Positions 49,913 to 50,685 of a DNA stretch of 50,685 nt are shown here, one piece after another. Made by a program: the position numbers and the translations under genes. Source of the stretch: Actinomycetota bacterium (GTDB lineage: Bacteria; Actinomycetota; UBA4738; HRBIN12); assembly GCA_005885325.1 (NCBI GenBank), contig VAYX01000014.1, forward strand, positions 1 to 50,685, given 5' to 3'. Position 1 is the stretch's first letter, and each line of letters begins with the position of its first letter. Under the pieces are notes generated by a model. The model had not been told where the DNA came from and searched no databases. It saw only the letters and a list, made by a program, of their open reading frames with translations.

Positions 49913-50685
49913 ATGAGCCAGGTTACGGACACCGTCACCGAGCCTGAACTCGAGGCGGGGGTCGAGGTTTCGGCCGCCGTCATCGGCCGGTCCCCGTGGG
50001 AGCTGTTCTGGCGGCGGTTCCGGAGAGACAAGGTGGCCTTGCTCGGGGTGGCCTTCATCGCCATCCTGCTCCTGCTGGCGATCACGGCACCGCTCATCGC
50101 CAGGTTCGTCGTCCATCACGGGCCGAACGAGCTCAATCAAGACCTGACGAACGAGATCGGCCTTCCCGCCGTCGGTCCCAGCGGGAACTACTGGTTCGGC
50201 GTCGATACGCTCGGCCGCGACGTGTTCGTCCGAACGATCTACGGAGCCCGGACCTCGCTCACGGTGGCGTTCTTCGCGACTGGGCTCGCGGTGGGCATCG
50301 GGATCATCATGGGAACGTTGGCGGGGTTCTTCGGCGGATGGGTGGACACGGGCGTGTCCCGCGCCATCGACATCGTGCTGTCGCTCCCGATCCTGCTGCT
50401 GGCCATCGGCATCGCGGCGGCCTGCTCCATCACGGCGACGGGGTGCCTGGGCGGGCTGATCCAGCCGGGCGTGTCCCTGGTCGTCGCGATCATCGCCCTG
50501 TTCAGCTGGCCCTATATCGGCCGTATCGTCCGAGGGCAGGTCCTGTCGATCCGGGAGAAGGAGTTCATCGAGGCGTCCCGATCGCTCGGGTTCACCAACT
50601 CGGGGATCATGTTCCGGGAGATCCTGCCGAACCTCGCAGCTCCCGTCATCGTCTACACCACGCTGATCATCCCGAACAACATCCT
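49913..50685 (+). CDS. oligopeptide/dipeptide ABC transporter permease (DppC/OppC-like), 3'-truncated by the window end
   Basis: Open frame from the ATG 49913 (GGAAGGGAG SD) to the window edge. SPWELFWRRFRRDK N-terminus, WFGVDTLGRDVF, GWVDT...R.IDIVLSLP and the EAA-loop start EFIEASRSLG typical of DppC. Not in the ORF track because no stop lies within the window. Confidence 0.85.
   Translation, partial: MSQVTDTVTEPELEAGVEVSAAVIGRSPWELFWRRFRRDKVALLGVAFIAILLLLAITAPLIARFVVHHGPNELNQDLTNEIGLPAVGPSGNYWFGVDTLGRDVFVRTIYGARTSLTVAFFATGLAVGIGIIMGTLAGFFGGWVDTGVSRAIDIVLSLPILLLAIGIAAACSITATGCLGGLIQPGVSLVVAIIALFSWPYIGRIVRGQVLSIREKEFIEASRSLGFTNSGIMFREILPNLAAPVIVYTTLIIPNNI

Overview
This is a high-GC (about 68-72% by eye), very compact chromosomal core segment with actinobacterial-type synteny. 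The gene order is dnaE, hisA/priA-like, trpCBA, a liv-type ABC operon, tRNA-Leu, a polar amino-acid ABC operon, polA, rpsA, coaE, uvrB, uvrA, uvrC, rapZ, gap-pgk-tpiA. I call 43 CDS (one truncated at the window end), one tRNA-Leu(CAA), one candidate structured ncRNA with its own promoter and terminator, one perfect in-frame tandem repeat and several promoter-like sites. Many adjacent genes overlap by ATGA/GTGA, which indicates translational coupling. I see no transposase, integrase, CRISPR array, toxin-antitoxin or recognisable defence system, so there is no clear novel system here. The items most worth a second look are these. (1) A lipoprotein combining a 7-repeat propeller-like region with two amicyanin-like cupredoxin domains, between uvrA and uvrC. 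(2) A uvrA that lacks about 23 residues of ATPase domain I exactly at a (GAC)4 run. (3) An orphan structured RNA locus between two convergent genes. (4) A shared GTCGG-N8-TACAAT leaderless promoter architecture on polA, uvrB and uvrA. (5) A HisA/PriA-like gene sitting alone with trpCBA. (6) A liv-type importer translationally coupled to an ornithine-cyclodeaminase-family enzyme and an FAD oxidase. (7) A GC dip of about 10 points over one permease core plus ATPase module. All functional calls come from by-eye motif recognition. No database search was possible.
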